Source: Anaerorhabdus sp.
GTDB lineage: Bacteria; Bacillota_I; Bacilli_A; Erysipelotrichales; Erysipelotrichaceae
DNA: 64,000 nt
NCBI RefSeq assembly: GCF_036636695.1
Contig: NZ_JAVWNW010000008.1
Direction: 5' to 3' (one strand)
This document shows positions 56,003 to 64,000 of this stretch, in pieces. The stretch's first letter is position 1. The number at the start of each line of letters is the position of its first letter. The translations under genes and the position numbers were made by a program. Below the pieces are notes generated by a model. It had not been told where the DNA came from. It did no database searches and worked only from the letters and a program-made list of their open reading frames with translations.

Positions 56003-57067
56003 ATGACGATCTTAGAAATCTTAACAAAGGCAGTTGAGCTTGAATCTTCAGATATATTTCTAATTACAGGTAGCCCTGTAACTTTTAAATGTAATGGGAG
56101 TTTGGATAAATTAGATGAAAGTCCTCTTCTTCCTCATGATACAGAAACACTAGTTAATGAAATTTATGAGTTGAAGAAGGGTAAAACAAAAGAACAATTA
56201 GAAAAAAATGGGGATGATGATTTTTCATTTTCCATTTCTGGATTAGGTAGATTTCGTGTGAATATCTATTATCAACGGGGTTCATTATCAGCAGTATTGC
56301 GTGTTGTGAAACCTGAACTTCCAGATTATAAAGAATTGATGTTACCAGAAGCAGTAATCAACTTGTCTAAACAACTAAAGGGTCTTGTTTTAGTGACGGG
56401 TAGTGCAGGTAATGGTAAATCGACAACACTTGCTTGTATTATTGATCGTATAAATACTTCAAGAAAATCCCATATCATTACAATTGAAGATCCAATTGAG
56501 TTTCTACATCGGCATAAAAAGTCAATTGTGACACAACGAGAAATTGAGAATGATGTAATTGATTATACCCATGCCTTGAAAGCAACACTTCGCCAAGCAC
56601 CGGATGTTATTTTTGTTGGTGAAATGCGTGATTATGAGACAATTAAGACAGTATTGTCTGCAGCTGAAACAGGACATTTAGTATTTTCCACATTACATAC
56701 ATTAGGAGCTGCTGAAACGATTGATCGTATCATCGATGTATTTCCTTCAGCTCAACAACATCAAATTAAAGTTCAATTATCAATGGTTCTACAAGCTGTA
56801 GTGTCACAACTATTAATTCCAACCATAGATAATAAACTTGTACCAGCTTTTGAAATTTTAATTGTGAATAACGCAATTCGTACTCAAATTAGAGATGGTA
56901 AAACATATCAAATTGATAATTATATTGCATCTGGAAAACAAGATGGCATGATTACCATGGATGATTCTATATTTAGTTTGTATAAAGAAGGGAAAATTTC
57001 CAAAGAGAATGCTTTACTCTATGCAGTAAATTCTGAATTGATGGAGAAAAAGATAGGAAAAGCATGA
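56003..57067 (+). CDS. pilT: PilT-family type IV filament ATPase
   Basis: Collinear with PilT as I remember it. Walker A GSAGNGKSTT, Asp box ITIEDPIEF, Walker B VIFVGEMRD, His box GHLVFSTLHT. NAIRTQIRDGK corresponds to the PilT-specific AIRNLIRE motif. 354 aa. ATG at 56003 follows GGAGG. Confidence 0.9.
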   Translation: MTILEILTKAVELESSDIFLITGSPVTFKCNGSLDKLDESPLLPHDTETLVNEIYELKKGKTKEQLEKNGDDDFSFSISGLGRFRVNIYYQRGSLSAVLRVVKPELPDYKELMLPEAVINLSKQLKGLVLVTGSAGNGKSTTLACIIDRINTSRKSHIITIEDPIEFLHRHKKSIVTQREIENDVIDYTHALKATLRQAPDVIFVGEMRDYETIKTVLSAAETGHLVFSTLHTLGAAETIDRIIDVFPSAQQHQIKVQLSMVLQAVVSQLLIPTIDNKLVPAFEILIVNNAIRTQIRDGKTYQIDNYIASGKQDGMITMDDSIFSLYKEGKISKENALLYAVNSELMEKKIGKA

Positions 57068-58248
57068 TGAAAGAAATAAACTTCAAGATGTTTGGACGAT
57101 TCTACTTAAATTATGATAATCGTCAATATGATGTATCTGAAATGTTGGGAAGACAGCTATCTAGTTTGGTAGCGTATTTTGTGTATTACAGAAATCGTAT
57201 AGTTTCAAAAGACATGTTGATAAGTGCGTTTTGGCCAGAAAGTGAAAACCCTAATAGCGCTATTAAATATGCCATATTTCGACTTCGAAATGAATTAGCG
57301 AAAACATTTGATTTTGATTGGATTATTACTTCAAAAATGGGATATATGTTAAACCCTGAACTTGATGTAGTTGTTGATTTAGATAAATTTGAAGATAATT
57401 ATTCAAAACTTCTAGCAGATAAAAATTTCAGCGATTTGAAGTTTTTGGATGAAATGACAGGTGAATTCCTTGAAGAATTTGATGATGAATGGATACTGTC
57501 AATTCGTGAATATTTCAGTGAATCTAAAAATAAAGCTATTGTGACAATTTGTGATGAAGAATTTAGAAAAGGTTCACCAAATTATGCAGAGATTATACAA
57601 GTGTGTAAAGCGGCTTTAGAAATAAATCAATATTCAGAGTCATTAATTTATTTTTATTGTAGATCGCTTATCGAAACACGCGATTATAATAAAGCTTTAA
57701 CTTATTTTGAAAAAACCAAAAGAAAATTTCAGGATGAACTTGGAATTCCTTTATCCGATAATATTCGTGAGTTATTTACAGGTGCTGAATCGGAAGTTGG
57801 AAAAACTGTAAGAATTGATGAGATATCAAAAGATTTTGAAGAAGATTCATTAGCGAATGGTCCATTATTTTGTTCACAATTAACATTTAAAAAGTTATAT
57901 CAAATCTATGTGCGTAAGGCACGTCGTGATAACTCGAATTATCATATTCTGTTATTTGAGATTAAAAGTTTGAAAGCAAATAAACAAGATTATTTACACG
58001 AAGCTCTTGAAAACATTCTTGTTGAAAGTCTTCGACGTACAGATATCTATACAAGTTTTACAACTAATAATTTTGGTATTTTGGTTGAGGTAAAGCAATC
58101 AGAAGATATCTTTGTTGTTATTGAGCGCATTCAAAAGAAGTTCTATGCGAAAGTTAATAGTAAGGTTGCTCGTTTGCTATATCATGAACGTTCTCTAAAT
58201 AAAGTTGAAGATGCAAATCACTTTCCTACAATTGATCAAAAACAGTAA
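57064..58248 (+). CDS. SARP-type (winged-helix + BTAD) regulator with C-terminal degenerate GGDEF-like domain
   Basis: N-terminus FKMFGRFYL...LVAYFVYYRNRIVSKDMLISAFWPE....AIKYAIFRLRNEL fits the SARP/AfsR DNA-binding pattern. A helical BTAD-like middle region follows. The C-terminal HILLFEIK....LRRTDIYTSFTTNNFGILV aligns by eye to the GGDEF fold with TTNNF in place of GGDEF. ATGA overlap with pilT. Confidence 0.6.
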   Translation: MMKEINFKMFGRFYLNYDNRQYDVSEMLGRQLSSLVAYFVYYRNRIVSKDMLISAFWPESENPNSAIKYAIFRLRNELAKTFDFDWIITSKMGYMLNPELDVVVDLDKFEDNYSKLLADKNFSDLKFLDEMTGEFLEEFDDEWILSIREYFSESKNKAIVTICDEEFRKGSPNYAEIIQVCKAALEINQYSESLIYFYCRSLIETRDYNKALTYFEKTKRKFQDELGIPLSDNIRELFTGAESEVGKTVRIDEISKDFEEDSLANGPLFCSQLTFKKLYQIYVRKARRDNSNYHILLFEIKSLKANKQDYLHEALENILVESLRRTDIYTSFTTNNFGILVEVKQSEDIFVVIERIQKKFYAKVNSKVARLLYHERSLNKVEDANHFPTIDQKQ

Positions 58249-58252
58249 TCTA

Positions 58253-58281
58253 AAGCTAATAATAAAATATTAGCTTTTTTA
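58253..58281 (+). terminator. intrinsic terminator closing the T4F-like operon
   Basis: aagctaata-ataaaa-tattagctt followed by TTTTTT. Confidence 0.75.
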
Positions 58282-58339
58282 ATTGTCTAGACAAAAAGAA
58301 GGCAAAGAATGTTGTATAATAGATGCTAGGAGAAGGATT

Positions 58340-59626
58340 ATGAAAAGAGCTATTGTTTTGTCAGGTGGAGGAACAAAAGGAGCTTATGAAGCTGGTTTTG
58401 TTCGCGCACTTAAAGAATTGAATTTATCGTTTGATATTGTTACTGGAACCTCAATAGGTGCTTTAAACGGTGCATTACTAGTTCAACATGATGAAGATAG
58501 ATTAATTGATTTATGGGATAACATGACGATGACAAGAATTCTAAAAGATGAATTGCCTGCGAATTTTAATATTGATGAATTTTTGAAAGAATCAAATCGT
58601 GTTAAATCATTTTTTAAGAAATATGTAAAAGAAAAAGGGGCCGATATAACACCGCTTAAGGAACTAATTCATGAATATTACAATGAACAAAAATTTATGG
58701 ACTCTAAAATTGATTTCGGGTTAGTTACAGTTGAATTTCCAAACTTGAAATATCATTACGTTACTAAAGAAACCATGCAAGATGGTTGTGGTGAAACGTA
58801 CTTACTTGCAAGTGCTTCTTGTTTTCCTGCTTTTCCTAAATGTGAGTTTAAAGATTTAAACTTTATTGATGGTGGTTATTATGATAATTTACCGATTGAG
58901 CTTGCAATTCAATTAGGTGCTCAAGAAATTATTGCAGTAGATTTAAATGATACGCCAAACCATCCACAATTTGTGAATAAACCAAACATTCATTATATTT
59001 TGCCAAGTTTTTCACTTGGTAGTTTTTTGAACTTTGATAAAAATCAAATTGATAATAATATTACTTTAGGATATTATGATACGATGAAATCATTTGGTAA
59101 GTTAGATGGTTTAAGATATACATTTAAGAAAGTTGATAAATATCCTGATTTCTTTAATTTATTTTATTATCAATTGTTGATTTATGATCATAAACTTGGA
59201 AAACAGTTATTAATAAGTGCTGATAATGCCGTTACTTCTAAACTATATAGAATGACGTATAAAGGATATTTGACCTTAGAAGAAATTAATTTTGCAATCA
59301 TGGATTATATTATGATGATGTTTAATATGAATGCATATCAGCTATATGATTTAGATGAAACAGTATTATCAATCCAAGATTTCTTTGCGGATGCTTTCAA
59401 AGAAGATTATGAATTACTACCTGACTTACATGTGAAGGAAATTATGAAAGCAATTCAAACATTAGATAAAAAAGAAATGATTATGAAGTTTGTGCATTAT
59501 CTTTGCTACCCTAGAAAAGGTAAGTTACCATGGAGCTTAATACTGAATGTATTTAGTTTTGAGGTTGCGATGGCATTATGGATTGTTGCTAGTAAAGGTA
59601 TACATTGTCGATGGGAGGAACTATGA
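58340..59626 (+). CDS. patatin-like phospholipase with extended C-terminal domain
   Basis: GGGTKG oxyanion motif, GTSIG nucleophile, DGG catalytic Asp. ATG at 58340 follows AGGAGAAGG. About 200 extra C-terminal residues of unknown fold. Confidence 0.85.
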   Translation: MKRAIVLSGGGTKGAYEAGFVRALKELNLSFDIVTGTSIGALNGALLVQHDEDRLIDLWDNMTMTRILKDELPANFNIDEFLKESNRVKSFFKKYVKEKGADITPLKELIHEYYNEQKFMDSKIDFGLVTVEFPNLKYHYVTKETMQDGCGETYLLASASCFPAFPKCEFKDLNFIDGGYYDNLPIELAIQLGAQEIIAVDLNDTPNHPQFVNKPNIHYILPSFSLGSFLNFDKNQIDNNITLGYYDTMKSFGKLDGLRYTFKKVDKYPDFFNLFYYQLLIYDHKLGKQLLISADNAVTSKLYRMTYKGYLTLEEINFAIMDYIMMMFNMNAYQLYDLDETVLSIQDFFADAFKEDYELLPDLHVKEIMKAIQTLDKKEMIMKFVHYLCYPRKGKLPWSLILNVFSFEVAMALWIVASKGIHCRWEEL

Positions 59627-60135
59627 ACAAAGTAGCGAAGTTTGAAAAAGTAAGTTTTGAACAGTTTAAAGAAGATTGGTTAAAATTATTTCAAGATTCA
59701 GAAGAAAAAGTAAGAGAGATTTATGATGGTATAATTCTTCCTAAACGTGCAACATTAGGTTCTGCAGGTTATGATTTCTATATACCCATTGATATGAAAT
59801 TCGATCCATTAGAAAAGAAAAGAATACCAACAGGAATACGTGTTAAAATAGATGAAGGTTGGGTGCTACAGTTATACCCAAGAAGTAGTCTAGGATTCAA
59901 ATATGGCTTTCGTTTAGCGAATACCGTCGGAATTATTGACGCTGATTATTATCATTCAGATAATGAAGGACATATTCAATTATCACTTGTGAATGAAAAT
60001 CATGAGAATCTAATGGTGGAGTTAAAAAAAGGTGAAGCTGTGATACAAGGAATATTTGTGTCATTTGGAATCACAGAAGATGACAATGCAACGAATACAC
60101 GTAATGGTGGATTTGGAAGTACAAATAAGAGGTGA
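59623..60135 (+). CDS. dut: dUTP diphosphatase (trimeric dUTPase family)
   Basis: GSAGYDF, RSS.G, GIIDADY and C-terminal RNGGFGST motifs. ATG at 59623 follows GGGAGGA. Confidence 0.85.
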   Translation: MNKVAKFEKVSFEQFKEDWLKLFQDSEEKVREIYDGIILPKRATLGSAGYDFYIPIDMKFDPLEKKRIPTGIRVKIDEGWVLQLYPRSSLGFKYGFRLANTVGIIDADYYHSDNEGHIQLSLVNENHENLMVELKKGEAVIQGIFVSFGITEDDNATNTRNGGFGSTNKR

Positions 60136-60140
60136 GGAAA

Positions 60141-61451
60141 ATGTTAAATAGAGTTGAAAAAATGTTAGAATTTGTCTTTAATTCGCCAACGAGTTATCAG
60201 GCAGTTGATTCAATTAAGAAAGAATTGAATGAAGAAGGATTTAAAGAATTAATTGAAAGTGACTCATGGCAGATTGAAAAAGGTGGAAAATATTATGTAG
60301 TAAGAAATCATTCAAGTATCATTGCCTTTAAAATTGGGAATAAACTTGAACATCCAAGTTTTCATGTAATGGCTTCACATAGTGACGCACCAAGTTTTAA
60401 AATTAAACCACGTAGTAAAAATGATAATGCGGGGTATGAAATAATAAATACTGAAGTTTATGGGGGTCCAATTTACAATACTTGGATGGATCGTTTGTTG
60501 AGTATTGCAGGAAGACTGATTATAAGAGACAAGGATGAAATTATTATAAAACCAATATGTCTGAATTATCCGGTTTGTCTTATTCCTAACTTAGCAATCC
60601 ATATGAATCGCATGGTCAATGATGGTGTAAAACTAAATCCGCAAGTTGACTTAATGCCAATGTGCTCAAAAGATAAAGATTTTGATATGATGAAACTTAT
60701 CGCAAAGGAATATGAAATTAATGTAGAAGATATAATTGATACTGATTTATTCTTGTACCCTTATGAAAAAGGAAGAGTATGGGGTAGTGACAATGAATTT
60801 GTATCAGCATATCATTTAGATGATTTACAATGTGCTTATACAACACTTCAAGGATTTAAACAAGGTGAGAATAGCGATACAATTAGTATGTATTGTTGTT
60901 TCGATAATGAAGAAGTAGGTAGTGGTACTAAACAAGGAGCAGATTCTACATTTTTAATGGATATTTTAGCAAGAATTCAATCGGGATTGAAAATGAGTGA
61001 TGATGAACTTAAGCAAGCTTTAGCAAGTAGTATGATTGTTTCGGCTGATAATGCACACGCTGTTCATCCAAATCATCCAGAAAAGTCTGATCCTACAAAT
61101 AAGGTAGAGATGAATGAAGGTATTGTGATTAAATACAATGCAAATCAAAGCTATACAACAGATGGTATTTCAGCATCATTATTTAAAGAGATTTGTCGAC
61201 AAAGTGGACTATCATGGCAAACATATACAAATCGTTCTGATGAACGTGGTGGTGGAACGCTGGGTGCAATTAGTATTGCCCATGTAAGTATTCTATCGGT
61301 TGATATTGGCTGTGCGCAATTAGCGATGCACTCAGCACTAGAAACAGCAGGTTCAAAAGATGTGGATACAATGATAGAAGTGAGTAAATCATTCTATGAT
61401 TCACATATAGTAAGAACAGGCCAAAATAGCTATAGAGTATGGAAGGTGTAA
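60141..61451 (+). CDS. M18 family aminopeptidase
   Basis: SPTSYQAV, ASHSDAPSFKIKP, FDNEEVGS, DNAHAVHPN and MHS..E motifs. ATG at 60141 follows GAGGTGAGGA. Confidence 0.85.
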   Translation: MLNRVEKMLEFVFNSPTSYQAVDSIKKELNEEGFKELIESDSWQIEKGGKYYVVRNHSSIIAFKIGNKLEHPSFHVMASHSDAPSFKIKPRSKNDNAGYEIINTEVYGGPIYNTWMDRLLSIAGRLIIRDKDEIIIKPICLNYPVCLIPNLAIHMNRMVNDGVKLNPQVDLMPMCSKDKDFDMMKLIAKEYEINVEDIIDTDLFLYPYEKGRVWGSDNEFVSAYHLDDLQCAYTTLQGFKQGENSDTISMYCCFDNEEVGSGTKQGADSTFLMDILARIQSGLKMSDDELKQALASSMIVSADNAHAVHPNHPEKSDPTNKVEMNEGIVIKYNANQSYTTDGISASLFKEICRQSGLSWQTYTNRSDERGGGTLGAISIAHVSILSVDIGCAQLAMHSALETAGSKDVDTMIEVSKSFYDSHIVRTGQNSYRVWKV

Positions 61452-61453
61452 AT

Positions 61454-62314
61454 ATGGAAGAAATAAAATGTTGGTGTGGTAGTGGAAAATCCTATGAAGA
61501 ATGTCATAAAGCAATTGATGACAAAATTAAACAATATGAAGCAAAAGGAGTAGAAGTACCCCCTCGTTCATTAATTAAAACACCAGAACAAATTGAAAAG
61601 ATTAGAAAAAGTGCAAAAATAAATACACAAGTACTTGATCTTGTTGAAAAAAATATTCATGAAGGTATGTCAACAGAAGAGATAGATGTATTAGTTAAAG
61701 AATTTACTGCAAGCCAAGGTGCGATTTGTGCTCCTTATCAATATCAAGGATTTCCTAAAAGTGTATGTACTTCAATTAATGAAGAAGTATGTCATGGAAT
61801 TCCAAGTCGTATTAGAAAACTAAAAAATGGCGATATTGTGAATGTCGATGTATCAACAATTTTAGATGGTTACTATAGCGATGCTTCAAGAATGTTTTGC
61901 ATTGGTGAAGTAGATGAAGAAAAAAAGAAACTTGTTGAAGTTACAAAAGAATGTTTGCGTCGTGGAATTGAGGCTGCTCAACCATGGGGATTTGTCGGTG
62001 ATATTGGTGCCGTTATTTCAGAATATGCACGTGAAATGGGATATTCTGTTGTCCGTGAATTAGGTGGACATGGTGTGGGTATTGAATTCCATGAAGATCC
62101 ATTTATTTCACATGTTGGTAAAAAAGGAACTGGAATGTTATTGGTACCAGGAATGATATTTACAATTGAGCCAATGATTAATGTTGGAAAAGCCAATGTT
62201 GTGATTGATCGCTACAATGGATGGACTATTTATACAGGTGATGGAAAGCCCTCTGCTCAAGTTGAACACATGATTTTGATTACCGAAGACGGACCTGAAA
62301 TTTTAACATATTAG
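61454..62314 (+). CDS. map: type I methionine aminopeptidase with N-terminal SEC-C zinc-binding motif
   Basis: CWCGSGKSYEECH SEC-C motif. MetAP metal ligands (VDVS..DGYYSDASR, GHGVG, TIEP, EHM). Confidence 0.9.
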   Translation: MEEIKCWCGSGKSYEECHKAIDDKIKQYEAKGVEVPPRSLIKTPEQIEKIRKSAKINTQVLDLVEKNIHEGMSTEEIDVLVKEFTASQGAICAPYQYQGFPKSVCTSINEEVCHGIPSRIRKLKNGDIVNVDVSTILDGYYSDASRMFCIGEVDEEKKKLVEVTKECLRRGIEAAQPWGFVGDIGAVISEYAREMGYSVVRELGGHGVGIEFHEDPFISHVGKKGTGMLLVPGMIFTIEPMINVGKANVVIDRYNGWTIYTGDGKPSAQVEHMILITEDGPEILTY

Positions 62315-62324
62315 AGGTGATATA

Positions 62325-62840
62325 ATGAATGACTTAAAGAAAGCTATTTTTGAAACAAGAAGAAGTGTGAGACTTTACAAAGCTGAACAAATAACAAATG
62401 ATGATCTTCATACAATACTTGCGGCAGGTACAATGGCAGCAAGTGCGATGAATGAACAAGCATGGTTTTTTACAGTTATTCAAAAGAAAGATGTAATTGA
62501 AGAAATAGGAAGACTTGCGACAGGAAATGAAGATTCGCCTTATTATAACGCGCCAACATTGATTGTATGTTTTGCAAAAAAAGATGCAATAGCACCTGTA
62601 GAAGATTGTACTTTAGCCATGGCAAATATGATGTATGCTGCAGTGGCATGTGATTTATCTACATGTTGGATTCATTGTACAAAACAAGTATTTAATGATC
62701 CTCAATATGCAGGATTAAAAAAAGCATGTGGCGTTCCTGAAGGATACACATGCATTGGATCACTGGTGGTGGGTTATCAAGAAGGTGAACATATTCCTGC
62801 TAAACCACGGCATCAAAATGTTTTTTCAGTAATTAGATAA
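62325..62840 (+). CDS. nitroreductase family protein
   Basis: RRSVRLYK FMN-binding N-terminal motif. 171 aa. Confidence 0.8.
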   Translation: MNDLKKAIFETRRSVRLYKAEQITNDDLHTILAAGTMAASAMNEQAWFFTVIQKKDVIEEIGRLATGNEDSPYYNAPTLIVCFAKKDAIAPVEDCTLAMANMMYAAVACDLSTCWIHCTKQVFNDPQYAGLKKACGVPEGYTCIGSLVVGYQEGEHIPAKPRHQNVFSVIR

Positions 62841-63141
62841 ATCGTTCTACAATAAATACCGCAAGGCAAGCACAAAGGGCAACAGTAAGTAGCCCTTTTT
62901 CTTTATACGCAAGGACTAAAGCAGTAGCTAGACCAGCGAGAGCTGAGACAAGTGAAGTAGTACAAGTAAGAATTGCAGGGAATGTCATAGCGCTTAATAC
63001 CGCATAAGGCATATAAAATAGAAAGCTAGATATCCAACGATTTTTAATCTTACCTTTAATAAAAATTAATGGTATTGCTCGAAGTAAGTAAGTAGTAATA
63101 GCGGTTGCAAGTAAGTAGAAAATAAAATTATTCATTGTCAC
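62833..63141 (-). CDS. azlD: branched-chain amino acid transport protein AzlD
   Basis: About 100-aa four-TM protein directly downstream of, and overlapping, azlC. Its 3' end overlaps the nitroreductase gene convergently by 8 nt. Confidence 0.75.
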   Translation of the reverse strand: MTMNNFIFYLLATAITTYLLRAIPLIFIKGKIKNRWISSFLFYMPYAVLSAMTFPAILTCTTSLVSALAGLATALVLAYKEKGLLTVALCACLAVFIVERFI

Positions 63142-63829
63142 TTACCTCCACTGGAAATAATGTGGCACTTATTGCAGCCCCAATACATGTACAAAAGATG
63201 ATTGAGAAACCATCAGATATAAAATTTAAAAAAGGAACATACTTAAATAGTGTACTTAATATAACAGATATAGCAATTGTAAAAGTAACAGATTTCATTT
63301 TCTTTGCAACGGGTAAAATAATTGCGATGAACATACCATAGAGTGCAATTGAAAAAGCGGATTGTAGTGAACTAGGAAGTAACGAATTGAATGTACCTCC
63401 TAAGAAAGTTCCAAGTGTCCATCCGACTATCGGCATTGTCATCAAACCGAGCATATATGTAAAATGATTAGGTTCACTTTGTGATTGTGCCACTGCATAA
63501 ATTTCATCTGTGTTCGCAAAAGCAATAATCATCTTTTCTTTTAAACGAATCGATTTATCTAATTTTTGTGATAATGAAATCGACATTAATACGTAACGAA
63601 AATTAATAATAATTGTAGCTAGAAAAACTTCAAAGATAGGAGCTGATGCACCCATAAGTTGGATTGCGGCAAACTGCCCTGCTGAAGTTAAATTAAATAA
63701 AGACAATGTAGTTGCTTGTAACGTAGTTAGACCAGATGCAGTAGCAATCATCCCAAAGGTAAATGATACAGATAAATATCCTAAACCAATGGGTAATCCA
63801 TCATGAATTCCCTTTTTAAAACGCTGCAT
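63128..63829 (-). CDS. azlC: branched-chain amino acid permease AzlC
   Basis: AzlC-type multi-TM protein (GLGYLSVSFTFG). ATG at 63829 follows AAGGTGA. The GTG at 63838 is part of that RBS. Confidence 0.8.
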   Translation of the reverse strand: MQRFKKGIHDGLPIGLGYLSVSFTFGMIATASGLTTLQATTLSLFNLTSAGQFAAIQLMGASAPIFEVFLATIIINFRYVLMSISLSQKLDKSIRLKEKMIIAFANTDEIYAVAQSQSEPNHFTYMLGLMTMPIVGWTLGTFLGGTFNSLLPSSLQSAFSIALYGMFIAIILPVAKKMKSVTFTIAISVILSTLFKYVPFLNFISDGFSIIFCTCIGAAISATLFPVEVSDNE

Positions 63830-63948
63830 TTCTATCACCTTGATTTAGTTTACCCCTCGAGGAAATAAAGTGCAAGGAAAAATAGCGGAATATTTGAAAT
63901 ATATGGTTTAATCTAGTAAAATGATAATGCAAAGAAAAAGGTGAAATT

Positions 63949-64000
63949 ATGGGAGATAAAATTTATGTAGTTGGGCATAAGAATCCGGATTCTGATTCTA
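63949..64000 (+). CDS. DHH-family protein, probably family II inorganic pyrophosphatase (3' end off window)
   Basis: MGDKIYVVGHKNPDSDS matches the PpaC/DHH N-terminal motif (GH.NPD.D). Only 17 codons are present. Confidence 0.5.
   Translation, partial: MGDKIYVVGHKNPDSDS

Noticed and set aside
652-58339. Longer 5' extensions proposed by the ORF track for several genes (starts at 652, 6486, 10969, 19323, 24180, 30636, 30676, 44126, 45722, 50124, 51895, 52431, 53269, 55982, 58283; also 59605, 60132, 61439 and 63838)
   Set aside because: In each case an internal ATG is preceded by a GGAGG-like RBS at 5-9 nt. The extension overlaps the upstream gene or a terminator hairpin, or consists of the RBS itself.
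58340-59626. Patatin protein as the effector of a CBASS-like defence operon
   Set aside because: No CD-NTase, cyclase, SAVED, STING or other signalling gene is adjacent. The neighbours are housekeeping enzymes.
993-63341. Numerous 60-118-aa ORFs nested inside or antisense to larger genes. Examples: 993-1190, 2324-2593, 3333-3551, 3367-3654, 4825-5010, 5307-5489, 5703-5915, 6056-6324, 6384-6587, 9493-9717, 10628-10840, 12381-12584, 12937-13140, 14876-15070, 15437-15628, 16863-17054, 17324-17539, 18272-18628, 18291-18521, 20835-21017, 25441-25674, 26386-26643, 27635-27838, 28099-28281, 29214-29423, 33605-33811, 34930-35382, 37226-37408, 45084-45329, 45629-45820, 48555-49108, 49589-49798, 50096-50350, 51124-51330, 53931-54161, 54990-55256, 55639-55839, 61978-62196, 63135-63341.
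   Set aside because: Each overlaps a longer ORF that has clear family motifs. They lack ribosome-binding sites and have the skewed composition expected from off-frame or antisense reading of AT-rich coding DNA.
1-64000. CRISPR arrays, IS elements, transposases, integrases, prophage genes and rRNA operons
   Set aside because: I found no regularly spaced direct repeats. None of the translated ORFs shows transposase, integrase, recombinase or phage structural motifs. No rRNA-like sequence is present.

Overview
Densely coding, low-GC chromosomal segment of a Gram-positive-type bacterium. GGAGG-type ribosome-binding sites (RBS), genomically encoded tRNA CCA ends and a cdaA-cdaR-glmM operon point to Bacillota. 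The gene content resembles gut anaerobes of the Erysipelotrichales/Clostridia type, which cannot be verified here. I count about 62 protein genes and 3 tRNAs. I saw no rRNA, CRISPR array, transposase, integrase or phage genes.

Layout:
- 1-12.9 kb: peptide-utilisation block. It holds oppBCDFA, two M24 peptidases, PepD, an MFS transporter, a guanylate-kinase-like paralogue, an aminotransferase and a YheO-like regulator.
- 13-19.3 kb: mixed housekeeping/accessory genes (patatin, PHP phosphatase, MATE, aminotransferase, DUF3795, TraB).
- 19.4-28.5 kb: second-messenger and envelope block. It holds cdaA with a very long disordered tail, cdaR, glmM, an OmpR/HK two-component system and a GGDEF cyclase with two solute-binding domains.
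- 28.5-36.3 kb: SPFH/NfeD pair, alpha/beta hydrolase, a membrane-anchored MurF-like ligase, an AI-2E transporter, ddl and deoD.
- 36.4-51.6 kb: bounded by tRNA-Ser/tRNA-Asp and tRNA-Gly. It holds a 2003-aa repeat-rich surface protein, katA plus a PerR-like Fur regulator, an RpiR/GH1/PTS beta-glucoside locus and a secreted glucosaminidase.
- 51.9-58.3 kb: the most unusual part. This is a tightly packed operon with a transglutaminase-like lipoprotein, a GspF/PilC-like platform protein and four small N-terminally anchored pseudopilin-like proteins that lack the canonical prepilin motif. It continues with a PilT-family ATPase as the only ATPase, and a SARP/BTAD regulator fused to a degenerate GGDEF-like domain. 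I interpret it as a non-canonical type IV filament (T4F)-like system.
- 58.3-64 kb: patatin-like lipase, dUTPase, M18 aminopeptidase, MetAP, nitroreductase, azlCD and the start of a DHH-family pyrophosphatase.

All functional calls come from motif and family recognition by eye. No database search was run.
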